A stretch of DNA of 50,253 bases from Gemmatimonadota bacterium (GTDB lineage: Bacteria > Latescibacterota > UBA2968 > UBA8231): NCBI GenBank assembly GCA_038128265.1, contig JAYPJE010000030.1, forward strand, positions 1-50,253. Direction: 5' to 3'. The notes under the pieces are model-generated. The model searched no databases and was not told the origin of the DNA. It saw only the letters and a list, made by a program, of their open reading frames with translations. Both the position numbers and the translations under genes were made by a program. Positions 1-9,497 of the stretch are shown one piece after another (the first letter of the stretch is position 1; the number at the start of each line of letters is the position of its first letter).

Positions 1-136
1 TTCTCGGCGTCGGTAAGATGCTGCTGCTGCGCTATTCCGGCTGTTTACCGGGCGTGCGACTGTGTGTGAGCAGCGCGAGAGCGTATATTCACCATTGGTT
101 TGCGAGACCAACCCATGCACGAGCGAAAGGCCTATT

Positions 137-901
137 GTGCAACCGATTATTATTGGCGCCGGGCGCGGCAGTCGCCTCAACGCGCTGACAGACGAACAGC
201 CCAAGTGCTATGCGCCCATTGGCCAGCGCCGCATTCTCGACTGGCTGCTGCGCGCGCTGGAAGAAGCCGATCTACCCGCACCGGTGTTTATCGGTGGGTA
301 TCGCATTGAGCAGATTCGCACCGACTACCCCCAACTTGACTTTCGCCACAACGTCGACTGGCCCAACAACAATATTCTCGCCTCGCTGTTTTACGCTGAA
401 AGCGATATGGATGCGGGCTTTATATGCTCGTATTCCGACATTCTCTACCGATCTTCCGTCGTGCAGCGTGCGCTGGAGCATCCGGGCGATATTGTGCTCT
501 GTGTCGATACGGAGTGGCGTGCTCGCTATGCCGATCGCAGCCAGCATCCGGAGGACGATGCCGAAAAAGTGCTGAACGAAGGCGATCGCATTGTGCGCAT
601 AGAGCGCAGCATAGCATCCGATGCGGCCGGCGGAGAGTATATTGGCGTGGCGCGTTTCAGCCCGCGCGGTGCCCAGCAGCTACGCGCCTATTACCACCGC
701 GCGCGCGCTGCCCATGCCGGAGCCGTTTGGCGCGACGGAGCGCCCTTTGAGAAGGCCTATCTGATTCACCTGTTCCAGTTCATGATAGAGGATGGGGTCG
801 ACGTGCACATGGTGACGACGGACGGTGAGTACATGGAAATTGATACGGAAGAAGACTACGCGCTAGCCAATGCGCGCTGGCCGCGAGAATACGGAGTCTA
901 A
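137..901 (+). CDS. Nucleotidyltransferase, phosphocholine/sugar-phosphate cytidylyltransferase (LicC-like NTP_transferase) family
   Basis: GTG start at 137 after GAAAGG; N-terminal IIIGAGRGSRL...PKC motif; YSDILY and EIDTEED acidic motifs. Confidence 0.85.
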   Translation: MQPIIIGAGRGSRLNALTDEQPKCYAPIGQRRILDWLLRALEEADLPAPVFIGGYRIEQIRTDYPQLDFRHNVDWPNNNILASLFYAESDMDAGFICSYSDILYRSSVVQRALEHPGDIVLCVDTEWRARYADRSQHPEDDAEKVLNEGDRIVRIERSIASDAAGGEYIGVARFSPRGAQQLRAYYHRARAAHAGAVWRDGAPFEKAYLIHLFQFMIEDGVDVHMVTTDGEYMEIDTEEDYALANARWPREYGV

Positions 902-902
902 T

Positions 903-1976
903 ATGTCGACGGTTAATCACTATGGAACCCTGTTTCCCACGGCGGTAGTTGGCTCGATGCCGCGCCCGGATTTTGTGCGCGAGATCGTCACCGGAGGCCG
1001 CGCAGAAGAGGCGGATCGTCGCACCGAGCTGATGGATCGCGCCGTGGCCTATATCGCCTCTCTGCAGGAACAGGCGGGTCTCGATATCGTCAGCGACGGC
1101 GAGTGGCGCCGCGCGTCGTATATAGGCGTTATCGCCGAATTGGCGCACGGCTTTACGCTGGGCGAAGAGGACGGGCGGCCGTGGACGATCGTAACGGATG
1201 AAATCGCCCCCAAGGCACCGGGTTTCATCGCGTCGGAAGTGCGTTTTCTCAAAGGGGTGACCGAACGCCGCATCAAGGCGACGCTGCCGGCGCCGGCGCT
1301 GCTGGGTGAGCGCATGTGGGACGCCGAAAAGTCGGCGGCCGCCTATCCCACGCGCCGCGCCTTTGTCGAGGCCTGCGTGCCGGTGCTGCGCCGCGAATTG
1401 GAGCTGCTGCGCGACGAGGGGGTCGACGTCGTGCAAATCGACGATCCCCACCTGTGCCTGCTCGTCGATGACGGGGTGCGCGCCGGCTACGAAGACGCCG
1501 ACGCAGAGGCGGCATTTTCCGCCGAGATGACCAACGCGGTGGTCGAGGGCATTGACGGCGTGCGCCTTGCCGTGCACCTGTGTCGCCGCGCCGGTGCGCG
1601 CGTGCGCGGCGAGGCCAAGCACACCGGCGGCTATGGCCCTATTATTCGCTATCTGAATGCGCTCAAGGTGCATCATCTGACGATGGAATTTACGGCGCCG
1701 GGCGCGGGTGATACAGAGGTATTCACGGCCCTGCGCGACGATTTTGAAATTGGCTTGGGCTGTCTCGGCGTGCATCCGGGTGAAGTCGACTCGGTCGAGC
1801 AGATCGTCGCGCGCGTAGAGCAGGCGCTCGGTCATGTGCCGGCTGAACGGCTCGTGCTCAACCCCGACTGCGGTTTTGCGCCCGGATCGGCTGCGCGCGT
1901 AGATGTCGATGAAGTCTACGAGAAGCTGCAGAATATGGTCGAGGCGGCGCGTCGCTTGCGCGAAAAACACGGATAG
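903..1976 (+). CDS. Cobalamin-independent methionine synthase II family (single-barrel MetE-like Zn enzyme)
   Basis: TAVVGSMPRP, QEQAGLDIVSDGEWRR, VQIDDP, Zn ligands HLC...E(MEF)...NPDCG; ATG 1 nt after the upstream stop codon. Confidence 0.88.
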   Translation: MSTVNHYGTLFPTAVVGSMPRPDFVREIVTGGRAEEADRRTELMDRAVAYIASLQEQAGLDIVSDGEWRRASYIGVIAELAHGFTLGEEDGRPWTIVTDEIAPKAPGFIASEVRFLKGVTERRIKATLPAPALLGERMWDAEKSAAAYPTRRAFVEACVPVLRRELELLRDEGVDVVQIDDPHLCLLVDDGVRAGYEDADAEAAFSAEMTNAVVEGIDGVRLAVHLCRRAGARVRGEAKHTGGYGPIIRYLNALKVHHLTMEFTAPGAGDTEVFTALRDDFEIGLGCLGVHPGEVDSVEQIVARVEQALGHVPAERLVLNPDCGFAPGSAARVDVDEVYEKLQNMVEAARRLREKHG

Positions 1977-2053
1977 AGCAGCTGTTTTTTGCCGCATATA
2001 TTTCCTTGAGTAGCATCACCCCCCCTTCTATATTGAGCGTCATGCAATGGCTC

Positions 2054-4312
2054 ATGCGTTATCTATTGGTGGCGCTGCTGGGTGTGTGTTCGCTCTCTGC
2101 TGAGGAGCTGCGCTTTGATTCGGCAGCCGACTGGCGGCGCTGGCACCTGCCCGGCAATGCGGTGGAGGTGACGCCTGCCGGCGTCGTGCGTCCCGTTGCC
2201 GTGCTGCGTCACGCCAACGCCGTGCGCAATGCACGCGCCTTTGGTGGCGGCATTCGCGGCGTCGGATCCAACCCCGCGCTAGCCAGTGCCGTTATCGACG
2301 GCGATGAGGCCACGGGCTGGCGTCCAGACCTGAGCAATTTGCGCGACGGTGGTTGGATAGAAATCGACCTGGGACGGGCCGTATCGGCCGAGTGGATCGA
2401 ACTCGTCTTCGATGCGGAGCAGCCTCCGTTTGAGCTCTTTGAGCTGCTGATTTCCAACGGTGCGATGATGCGCGATGAGACGCGCTCCTTTATCGAAGGT
2501 ACCCTGGTCTATCCCATTAGCCAGCGCTACGTCGAAAACCGACGCCATCGCGTGCGCTATGCGTTGGAAAATCCGGCTCAATCGCTGGTCAAGAACGTGC
2601 GCGTGCAGGTGCTGCAGAGCCCGGTCGGCGCGCGCTTGACCGAGGTCGTGGTGCAAAGTTTCGGCGATAATTTGGTGTTGGGCGCCATCGAGCGCGGCGG
2701 TGAAGTGGATATCGCGGTAGAGGTAGATGATCCGCTGGCCATTAGCAAGGGCCGCCTGCTGGCCGCCGTCGATGGGCTGGTCACCACCTCGTGGTATCCC
2801 ACGGGCCGAGAGGTCAACGCTGAAGATACCTACGCCCATATAAAAATCGACTTGGGTGCCGCCTATCGGATCGACCTGCTGCGCCTTATTAGCCGCTTGG
2901 GAGGCGGCTTTGACTTTCGCTTTTACGAGCTCGAAACGTCGGACGGATCGCTGGCGCCGGACGGGTCGCTCGTTTGGCAAAAACACTTCTCCGGCGTGCA
3001 GACCAACCTGCCGTCTCGGCAGGGCTTAGTCGACCATGCGTTTGCGCCGCTGCCAGCGCGCTTTGTGCAGGTGCGCTGGAAGTTTTGGGACAGCAATTGC
3101 CAGAACGGCTCGGCGCAAAACACCGGCTGTTTCGCCTCTGGGCGCACGCAGGAAGTGCAGGTATTTGGCGAGGGCTATCCGCAAGAAGTGCGGCTGCGCT
3201 CGCCTATTCTCGACCTGCAGGGCGACAAAAACGTGCATACGCTGCGCTGGGCGTCGACGAGCGCCGACGGCGCGCGCGTCGAATTGCGCACGCGCTCGGG
3301 TAATTTGTTAGAGAGTCGAACGGCGTTTTACGATCGCGATGACAAAGAAATTACCGAGAAGCAGTGGAATCGCCTTATTCCCTCGTTTCGCGGCCGCGTC
3401 GATACGTCGTTTGTTGTCGGGGGCGACTGGAGCGCGTGGAGCAGTTCCTATGCGCGCTCGGGGCAGGGTTTCCTATCGCCGTCGCCCAAGCGCTATGCGG
3501 AGGTCGAGGCGCGCCTGGTTGCGGCTGACGAGGGGCGTGCCGCGGCGGCGCTCGACTGGGTAGCTCTCGAATTTTCCACGCCGCTGGCCGCTGAGGTACT
3601 GGGAGAAATCTATCCAATACAGGTGGAGCCCGGCGTTGAAAAAGAGTTTTCCTACTTTGTGCGCGCACCGCAGAGCGCGCGCGGTTTTGATAGTTTAGCA
3701 CTGGAGTCAACTGCGCCGCTGCGCTTTGTAGGGGCCTATATCGAAGACGAAAAGGTCGAGGTGCAATTGGCTATCGAGGAGCGGGGGTTTCGCGCCCGTT
3801 TCCCGCGCCGCGTGCGCCAGGACGAGCTTGTAGAACTGCGTTTTGTCGCCGCCGTGTTTCTACAGGCAACGCGCTTTGATGCATTTTTGCAAGACAGTGC
3901 ACTGGGCGCGGAAGTGCGCCAGCGCGTCGAAGCGGGCGATGCCACCGAACGCGTAGAGAGCAGCGCCAATGCGGTGCGCCTGCCGCTCGATGGGGCACTC
4001 TTTGCCAATGCGCATTTCAGCGCGCGCGTGATTACGCCCAACGGCGACGGCATTAATGACGCGCTGGAGGTGAACATAGACTTGGTCAATGTGCTGGAGA
4101 GTCGTCCGCTGTATCTGGAGATCTACGACGCCGGTGGGCGCAGGGTGCGCACCGTTCGAGGGGCCGGTATGGCCGGACCGCAGGCGCTGGTTTGGGATGG
4201 AGGGGATGAGAATGGGGCGCAGGTGCCGCCCGGCATATACGTCGCGCGCCTGCTAGCCGAGGGCGACGCGCGCGTTCAGCGTGTGCATCAGACCGTTGGC
4301 GTGGCCTACTGA
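2054..4312 (+). CDS. Secreted multidomain protein with discoidin/F5-8-like modules and C-terminal CHU_C/FlgD-Ig domain
   Basis: Signal peptide MRYLLVALLGVCSLSA; two W/K-I-x-I-D-L-G discoidin-like motifs; TPNGDGIND and IYDAGGRRVR...WDG...VPPGIY C-terminus; alternative ATG at 2042. Confidence 0.75.
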   Translation: MRYLLVALLGVCSLSAEELRFDSAADWRRWHLPGNAVEVTPAGVVRPVAVLRHANAVRNARAFGGGIRGVGSNPALASAVIDGDEATGWRPDLSNLRDGGWIEIDLGRAVSAEWIELVFDAEQPPFELFELLISNGAMMRDETRSFIEGTLVYPISQRYVENRRHRVRYALENPAQSLVKNVRVQVLQSPVGARLTEVVVQSFGDNLVLGAIERGGEVDIAVEVDDPLAISKGRLLAAVDGLVTTSWYPTGREVNAEDTYAHIKIDLGAAYRIDLLRLISRLGGGFDFRFYELETSDGSLAPDGSLVWQKHFSGVQTNLPSRQGLVDHAFAPLPARFVQVRWKFWDSNCQNGSAQNTGCFASGRTQEVQVFGEGYPQEVRLRSPILDLQGDKNVHTLRWASTSADGARVELRTRSGNLLESRTAFYDRDDKEITEKQWNRLIPSFRGRVDTSFVVGGDWSAWSSSYARSGQGFLSPSPKRYAEVEARLVAADEGRAAAALDWVALEFSTPLAAEVLGEIYPIQVEPGVEKEFSYFVRAPQSARGFDSLALESTAPLRFVGAYIEDEKVEVQLAIEERGFRARFPRRVRQDELVELRFVAAVFLQATRFDAFLQDSALGAEVRQRVEAGDATERVESSANAVRLPLDGALFANAHFSARVITPNGDGINDALEVNIDLVNVLESRPLYLEIYDAGGRRVRTVRGAGMAGPQALVWDGGDENGAQVPPGIYVARLLAEGDARVQRVHQTVGVAY

Positions 4313-4362
4313 CGCGTGCAGATACGGGGCCCAGTGCGCGGTAATTCGCTTATATTTGCAGC

Positions 4363-5376
4363 ATGCCGAATCGATCTATAAGCAAGCGTCGCCAACCCGT
4401 CGCCGAGCCATCGCACGCCCTGTGGATCGCGGGTTTTTGCCTGCTGTTGTTAACTGCTGCGCCCTACGCGCTAGGCGACGCGCTCATCGAGTTAGAGGTT
4501 TTTGTCGCGCAGCCGCTGCTGCGCGTTATTGCGCTGCTAGGCGCCGTAGCCTGTTTGGGGTGGGCCATCCGTCGCCACCAATACTCCGCTGTCGCCGTGT
4601 ACGCGCTGCCGGCCCTGTTCATTTGCTGGGAACTGTGGGGCACGCTAGGGCGCGCGCCGCTGAGCGATGAGCCAGCAGGTCGCAGTCGCTATCTGCGCGT
4701 ATACAGTCAAAATATTGGGATGGAGTCGCCCGAAAAGTTTATCGGTCTACTCGCAGTTGGCAACTACGACCTAGTGCTGCTACAAGAGGCCTACGCCGGA
4801 CACCGCAAAGGATGGGAAGTGCTCGCCGAGGAGCTCGGCTATCACCACACCTACCAAATGCTGCGGCGCGATGCCGGTATGGGTGCTTTCTTTATGAGCC
4901 GCGTGCCGTTGGAGCCGTTGACCTCGCTCGCCGTACAGTCTTGGGGTCGCACCGTCCGCTATATTCCCGGCGTGCAAATCGAATTTCGCAAAAAAAAGAT
5001 CGATGTATACTCGGTGCATTTGGAATCGCTGCCGCTCGTCGAGGGCCAGCGCATGATTATGGGCAGCTCGGCGCTGCGTCGCCGGCAGGCTGAGGCACTC
5101 GCCGAGGTGGTAGTGGCTTCCCAGCAGCGCGTTATCGTTGCCGGGGATTTTAACTCCACGCCGATCTACCGCTCGGTCGCTCCGCTGCGCGCCGTGCTCG
5201 ACGACGCGTGGATAGAAGGTGGCTGGGGCTTTGGCTTTACCTACCATGCAACCGTACCCATAGCGCGCATCGATGCCATTCTCCAGCGCGGATTCGACTG
5301 CCGCTATGCCGAAGTTGTGAAGGCCTCCGACAGCGATCACCGCGGCGTGTATGCCGTTTTTGAGCTGGAGAATTGA
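4363..5376 (+). CDS. Membrane-anchored endonuclease/exonuclease/phosphatase (EEP) family protein
   Basis: Three N-terminal hydrophobic segments; SQNI, LLQE, SVHL, AGDFNS, RIDAI and SDHRGV motifs. Confidence 0.85.
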   Translation: MPNRSISKRRQPVAEPSHALWIAGFCLLLLTAAPYALGDALIELEVFVAQPLLRVIALLGAVACLGWAIRRHQYSAVAVYALPALFICWELWGTLGRAPLSDEPAGRSRYLRVYSQNIGMESPEKFIGLLAVGNYDLVLLQEAYAGHRKGWEVLAEELGYHHTYQMLRRDAGMGAFFMSRVPLEPLTSLAVQSWGRTVRYIPGVQIEFRKKKIDVYSVHLESLPLVEGQRMIMGSSALRRRQAEALAEVVVASQQRVIVAGDFNSTPIYRSVAPLRAVLDDAWIEGGWGFGFTYHATVPIARIDAILQRGFDCRYAEVVKASDSDHRGVYAVFELEN

Positions 5377-5474
5377 GCAAGGTATTGGCGTGGCCATTGC
5401 GCTGATGTGCGTCGCTATTTAGTTATCTGCGTGCGCACGATCGATCCATTTTCACATTGAATAGCGAGTTTTCT

Positions 5475-6509
5475 ATGTCTGAATACGTTCGAGCAATACC
5501 CGCAGAGCCCTCCATTCTAACGACGACGGTTGGTTCGTACCCCGTGCCCGAGTGGCTGGTGGCGCTGCCCAGCGAGCAGGCCGTAGCCGATGCTACCCGC
5601 GTCGTATTTGATACGCAGCGCCAAGCCGGTGTCGACCTGCCGACGGACGGTGAGCTGTACCGCTTCGATATAAACCACCCAGACACCAATGGAATGATTG
5701 AGTATTTCGTGCGCCCAATGGGCGGCACGCGCTCGGCATTTGGCCGCAGTGAAGTCGAAGAATTTGCCGCGATGCAGACGATGGGCTTTCGCGCCAAGCC
5801 GGCAGCTGTTATCGACGAAGCGCTGTCCGAAGGGTCGCTCGACCTGCTGTCTGACTGTGCGCGTGCGGCGGCCGTGGCGGGAGGCCCCTTTAAATTCACG
5901 CTGACGAGCCCATACATGCTGGCGCGCACGCTACTCGATCACCACTACGGCGATTTCGAAGAGATGCTAATGGCCGTCGCCGGCGTGCTTGGCGCGCAGG
6001 TTCGGGGCTTGCCCTGCGCCTGTGTGCAGATAGACGAGGCGAATATTCCGGGCAATCCGGATCACGGTCCAATGGCTGCGCGCGCGATCAACGCCGTGCT
6101 CGATGAGGTCGATGAGGGCACGGCGCGCGGCGTGCACTTTTGCTTTGGCAACTACGGCGGCCAGACAATCCAGTCGGGCACGTGGAAGGCACTGCACGCC
6201 TTTCTCAACGAACTGCACTGCGACCACCTGGTGCTTGAGCTGGCGCACCGGCCGGACGACGACCTACAGGCGCTCAAAGAAATTGACCCGCGCATTGCGC
6301 TCGGGATAGGCGTGGTCGATATCAAGGTCAACCACATTGAGAGCGCCGAAGATATTGCGCGATCCATTGAGGCAGCCGAAAGGGCGGCCGGCCCCGGTCG
6401 CGTGCGCTACATCCATCCAGACTGCGGTTTTTGGATGCTCAAGCGCTCTATTGCCGATCGCAAAATTGCGGCGCTGGCGCAGGGGCGCGATCTGTATTTG
6501 GGTCGGTAA
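5475..6509 (+). CDS. Cobalamin-independent methionine synthase II family (second single-barrel MetE-like paralog)
   Basis: TTTVGSYPVP, QRQAGVDLPTDGE, VQIDEA, HFCFGN...ELA...HPDCG Zn ligands. Confidence 0.88.
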   Translation: MSEYVRAIPAEPSILTTTVGSYPVPEWLVALPSEQAVADATRVVFDTQRQAGVDLPTDGELYRFDINHPDTNGMIEYFVRPMGGTRSAFGRSEVEEFAAMQTMGFRAKPAAVIDEALSEGSLDLLSDCARAAAVAGGPFKFTLTSPYMLARTLLDHHYGDFEEMLMAVAGVLGAQVRGLPCACVQIDEANIPGNPDHGPMAARAINAVLDEVDEGTARGVHFCFGNYGGQTIQSGTWKALHAFLNELHCDHLVLELAHRPDDDLQALKEIDPRIALGIGVVDIKVNHIESAEDIARSIEAAERAAGPGRVRYIHPDCGFWMLKRSIADRKIAALAQGRDLYLGR

Positions 6510-6527
6510 AGCGTTCTGTGAGAGTGT

Positions 6528-6568
6528 AGCGGCCAGACGCACATAGCGCGTCTGGCCGCTTTGCGTTT
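6528..6568. terminator. Hairpin between convergent genes, probable intrinsic terminator
   Basis: Perfect 13-bp inverted repeat AGCGGCCAGACGC / GCGTCTGGCCGCT with 7-nt loop, followed by TTGCGTTT. Confidence 0.7.
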
Positions 6569-6574
6569 GGCGCG

Positions 6575-7543
6575 CTAGCGCAAGTATCCCACTGCTTCTT
6601 TGGCAAAGTAGGTGAGAATCATATCTGCACCCGCGCGCTTGATGGAAGTTAGCGTTTCCATGACGGCTTTTTCGCGGTCGGCCCAGCCGCGCTCGGCAGC
6701 GGCCACCACCATGCCGTACTCGCCCGAAACGTTATAGGCGGCGAGCGGCACATCAAAGGCCTGGCGCGCCGCGGCGATGACGTCGAGGTAGGCCAGTGCC
6801 GGTTTGACCATGACGACGTCGGCGCCCTCTTCGATGTCGAGGGCGATTTCGCGCAGCGCTTCGCGCGCGTTGGCCGGATCCATCTGATAGGTTTTCTTGT
6901 CGCCCTTTTTGGGTGCCGAGTCGAGCGCGCCGCGAAAGGGTCCGTAAAAGCACGAGGCGTACTTGGCCGAATAGGCGAGAATGCCTACGTGGCTAAACCC
7001 AGCGTCGTCTAATGCCACGCGAATGGCGCCGACGCGCCCGTCCATCATGTCGGATGGGGCGACCCAGTCGACGCCGGCTTCTGCGTGCGATAGGGCCATT
7101 TTGCACAATACGGCAATGGTTTCGTCGTTGACGATCTCGCCGTCTACGACGAGGCCGTCATGGCCGTGGTTTGTATAGGGGTCGAGCGCGATATCCGTTT
7201 GCACGCAGAGTTCGGGAACTTCTGCTTTGATCGCGGCGATGGCGCGCTGGATTAGGCCGTTGGGATCGTGCGACTTGGTGGCCATATCGTCTTTTTCTGC
7301 CGAGTAACCAAATAGGTTGACGGCCGGTATGCCCAGGGCGTAGACCGCGCTGCACTCGCGCACCAGTTCGTCGACGGAGAAGCGGAACTGGCCGGGCATC
7401 GACTCGATGGGCTGGCGCTGCTTCTCGCCTTCGGTTACGAACATGGGAAAGATAAAATCATCGGCGCGCAGCGCCGTTTCGCGGACGAGGCTGCGCACGC
7501 TTTCCGTGCGGCGCAGGCGGCGTGGCCGGTGCGTGAGTTCCAT
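6575..7543 (-). CDS. hemB: Porphobilinogen synthase (delta-aminolevulinate dehydratase)
   Basis: RPRRLR, APSDMMDGR, YSAKYASCFYGPFR, YQMDPAN, MVKPAL, AYNVSGEY; AGGAG RBS. Confidence 0.97.
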   Translation of the reverse strand: MELTHRPRRLRRTESVRSLVRETALRADDFIFPMFVTEGEKQRQPIESMPGQFRFSVDELVRECSAVYALGIPAVNLFGYSAEKDDMATKSHDPNGLIQRAIAAIKAEVPELCVQTDIALDPYTNHGHDGLVVDGEIVNDETIAVLCKMALSHAEAGVDWVAPSDMMDGRVGAIRVALDDAGFSHVGILAYSAKYASCFYGPFRGALDSAPKKGDKKTYQMDPANAREALREIALDIEEGADVVMVKPALAYLDVIAAARQAFDVPLAAYNVSGEYGMVVAAAERGWADREKAVMETLTSIKRAGADMILTYFAKEAVGYLR

Positions 7544-7711
7544 GGATAGGGCTCCTGTAGGTGATCCGAGTCGATGCGATAGTGGGTGTCGGTGCGTCCG
7601 CTGATAAGGATAAGCAAAACGGACTGCGTGCGCTCCTGTGCTGGGACATACAACGCTTTGGCACAGAACGCCGTTAGAACGTACTTTGTCGATTGGACAC
7701 TTTCCGCTAGG

Positions 7712-9475
7712 ATGGACTCCGTGATAATACGCATTGGATTTGCACTGGCCCTGCTATGTAGCGCCGCACAGGTCGGGGCCAAGACGCTCGTAGAGCAAGC
7801 CTACGCTGCGGGTACGCTCGATTTGGGTACGGCCCTGCTATATCAGATGCAGGGAATGCGCGATGTCCAAAGTCTGCCGCTCGAATATCGGCAGCAGCCG
7901 CGGCGCGCCGTGTGCGGAACGCCGCACGTGGTGCAAGCCGTTTCTGCCGTGACCCATCTGGATGCGGCGTACGGACAGCGATTGGGTAAGATCGTGCAGC
8001 GCCGTCCCAGCGCCGATCGGGATGCGATCTCGCCCAGCGGTCGCTTTCGCGTGCACTACGATATCGAGGGAGCCGAAGCGGTCGATGTAACGGATGACGA
8101 TGGCAATGGCATTCCGGACTACGTCGATCTGACGATGGTTGTGCTCGACAGCGTCTGGGTCCTACAGGTGGAGGAGTTCGGTTACAATCCACCGCCCGAC
8201 GATGGCGGGGTCGATGGCGACGAGTACGATGTCTACATCGTCGATTTGGGACGCGGCGGTGCCTATGGCTTTACGTACCCCGAAGCAGCCGGCAAGACGT
8301 CGCCGAGCTATTTGGAAATCGACAACGACTACGCCAATCCGATATACCAGCAGACCAAGGGGCTCGACGCTCTGCGCGTGACGATTGCACACGAATTTCA
8401 CCACGCGATCCAGTTTGGATACTATCAGGGCAGTGACAGCATTTGGTGGCAGGAGAGCACTTCTACGTGGATGGAAGAGGTCGCCTACCCCGAAGTGGAC
8501 GATTACCTGCAGTACTTGCCCAGTTTTTTGGGGGCACCGCAGCGCGCGCTCAACTCGGGTAGCCGCGTTGGCGCCGACTTTCACATCTACGGCACGTCGA
8601 TTTTCTCGCTTTTTCTCGACCAGCGCTACGGCCGTCACGTCAACCGGCTTGTTTGGGAGGAAATGGGGCGGCGCGGCCATGCGCGGCTGGAGAATTTTAA
8701 CCGCATGCTGCTGGACATACAGCCAGGCGGTTTGAGCGTGGCGCTGAGCCAGTTTGCCGTGTGGAATTACTTTACGGGCATCCGCTTCCGCGAGGGCTAC
8801 TATGCCGAGGGGCAGAAGTACCCGCTGGCGCCGACGCGCGATATCCGCGTGGACGAGGGCGTCAATGGGAGCGACGAGTACGAACTGGATGCAACCGGCA
8901 CGGCCTATGTGCGTCTCAAGCCGGAGCTGCGCGGGGGCGGCGTTGAGCTGGCCTTTCGCCCGGGACGTGGATCGTGGCGCCGCCATCTTCTGCTGGTGGG
9001 GGCGGACAGCGTGGCCGTGCAGGCGCTGAGCGAAGAGCAAACGAGCGTAGTGGGTTGGGATCAGTACAGCGAAGTCGTTATGGTGATCACATCGGGTGAG
9101 GAATCCGGTTTTGCCTACCCCTATGCTGTGGACGCGGTCTACGATCCCGAACTAACAGATATGCCACCGGCGCTCGCTTCTACGCTGCGTCCGCCGCTGC
9201 CCAATCCATTCCAACCGCGAGTAGACGGCGAGGTGCGCTTCGTATTCGACCTGGCCCAGGCCAGTGAACACACGCGCCTGTCGCTCTTTGCGTCGGCCGG
9301 CGACTTAGTCTGGCAGAGCGATTTGGGGCCGCGCGCGGCGCGCCAGGGGCACTCCGTGCTGTGGAACGGACGCAACGCCGCCGACAGGCCCGTTGCCGCC
9401 GGCATTTACTATCTCGTTTTGGAGACCGACGGTCAGGTGGCACGGCGCACAATGGCCGTGCTGCCGCCCGACTAG
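7712..9475 (+). CDS. Secreted Zn-metalloprotease (MXAN_6640-like, HEFHH) with C-terminal FlgD-Ig domain
   Basis: Signal peptide; RFRVHY, DDDGNGIPDYV, TIAHEFHHAIQ, WWQESTSTWME; C-terminal PNPF...WNGRN...VAAGIY. Confidence 0.8.
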   Translation: MDSVIIRIGFALALLCSAAQVGAKTLVEQAYAAGTLDLGTALLYQMQGMRDVQSLPLEYRQQPRRAVCGTPHVVQAVSAVTHLDAAYGQRLGKIVQRRPSADRDAISPSGRFRVHYDIEGAEAVDVTDDDGNGIPDYVDLTMVVLDSVWVLQVEEFGYNPPPDDGGVDGDEYDVYIVDLGRGGAYGFTYPEAAGKTSPSYLEIDNDYANPIYQQTKGLDALRVTIAHEFHHAIQFGYYQGSDSIWWQESTSTWMEEVAYPEVDDYLQYLPSFLGAPQRALNSGSRVGADFHIYGTSIFSLFLDQRYGRHVNRLVWEEMGRRGHARLENFNRMLLDIQPGGLSVALSQFAVWNYFTGIRFREGYYAEGQKYPLAPTRDIRVDEGVNGSDEYELDATGTAYVRLKPELRGGGVELAFRPGRGSWRRHLLLVGADSVAVQALSEEQTSVVGWDQYSEVVMVITSGEESGFAYPYAVDAVYDPELTDMPPALASTLRPPLPNPFQPRVDGEVRFVFDLAQASEHTRLSLFASAGDLVWQSDLGPRAARQGHSVLWNGRNAADRPVAAGIYYLVLETDGQVARRTMAVLPPD

Positions 9476-9497
9476 CGGCTAGTCGGCGCCGGCTGGA

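Noticed and set aside
1..136. Possible partial gene at the left edge
   Set aside because: No frame with a supportable start or motif
780..1997. 405-aa antisense ORF, and similar ones at 8162-9040, 19239-20183, 37245-38249 and 38517-39374
   Set aside because: Antisense shadows of well-supported genes in GC-rich DNA, with no recognisable motifs
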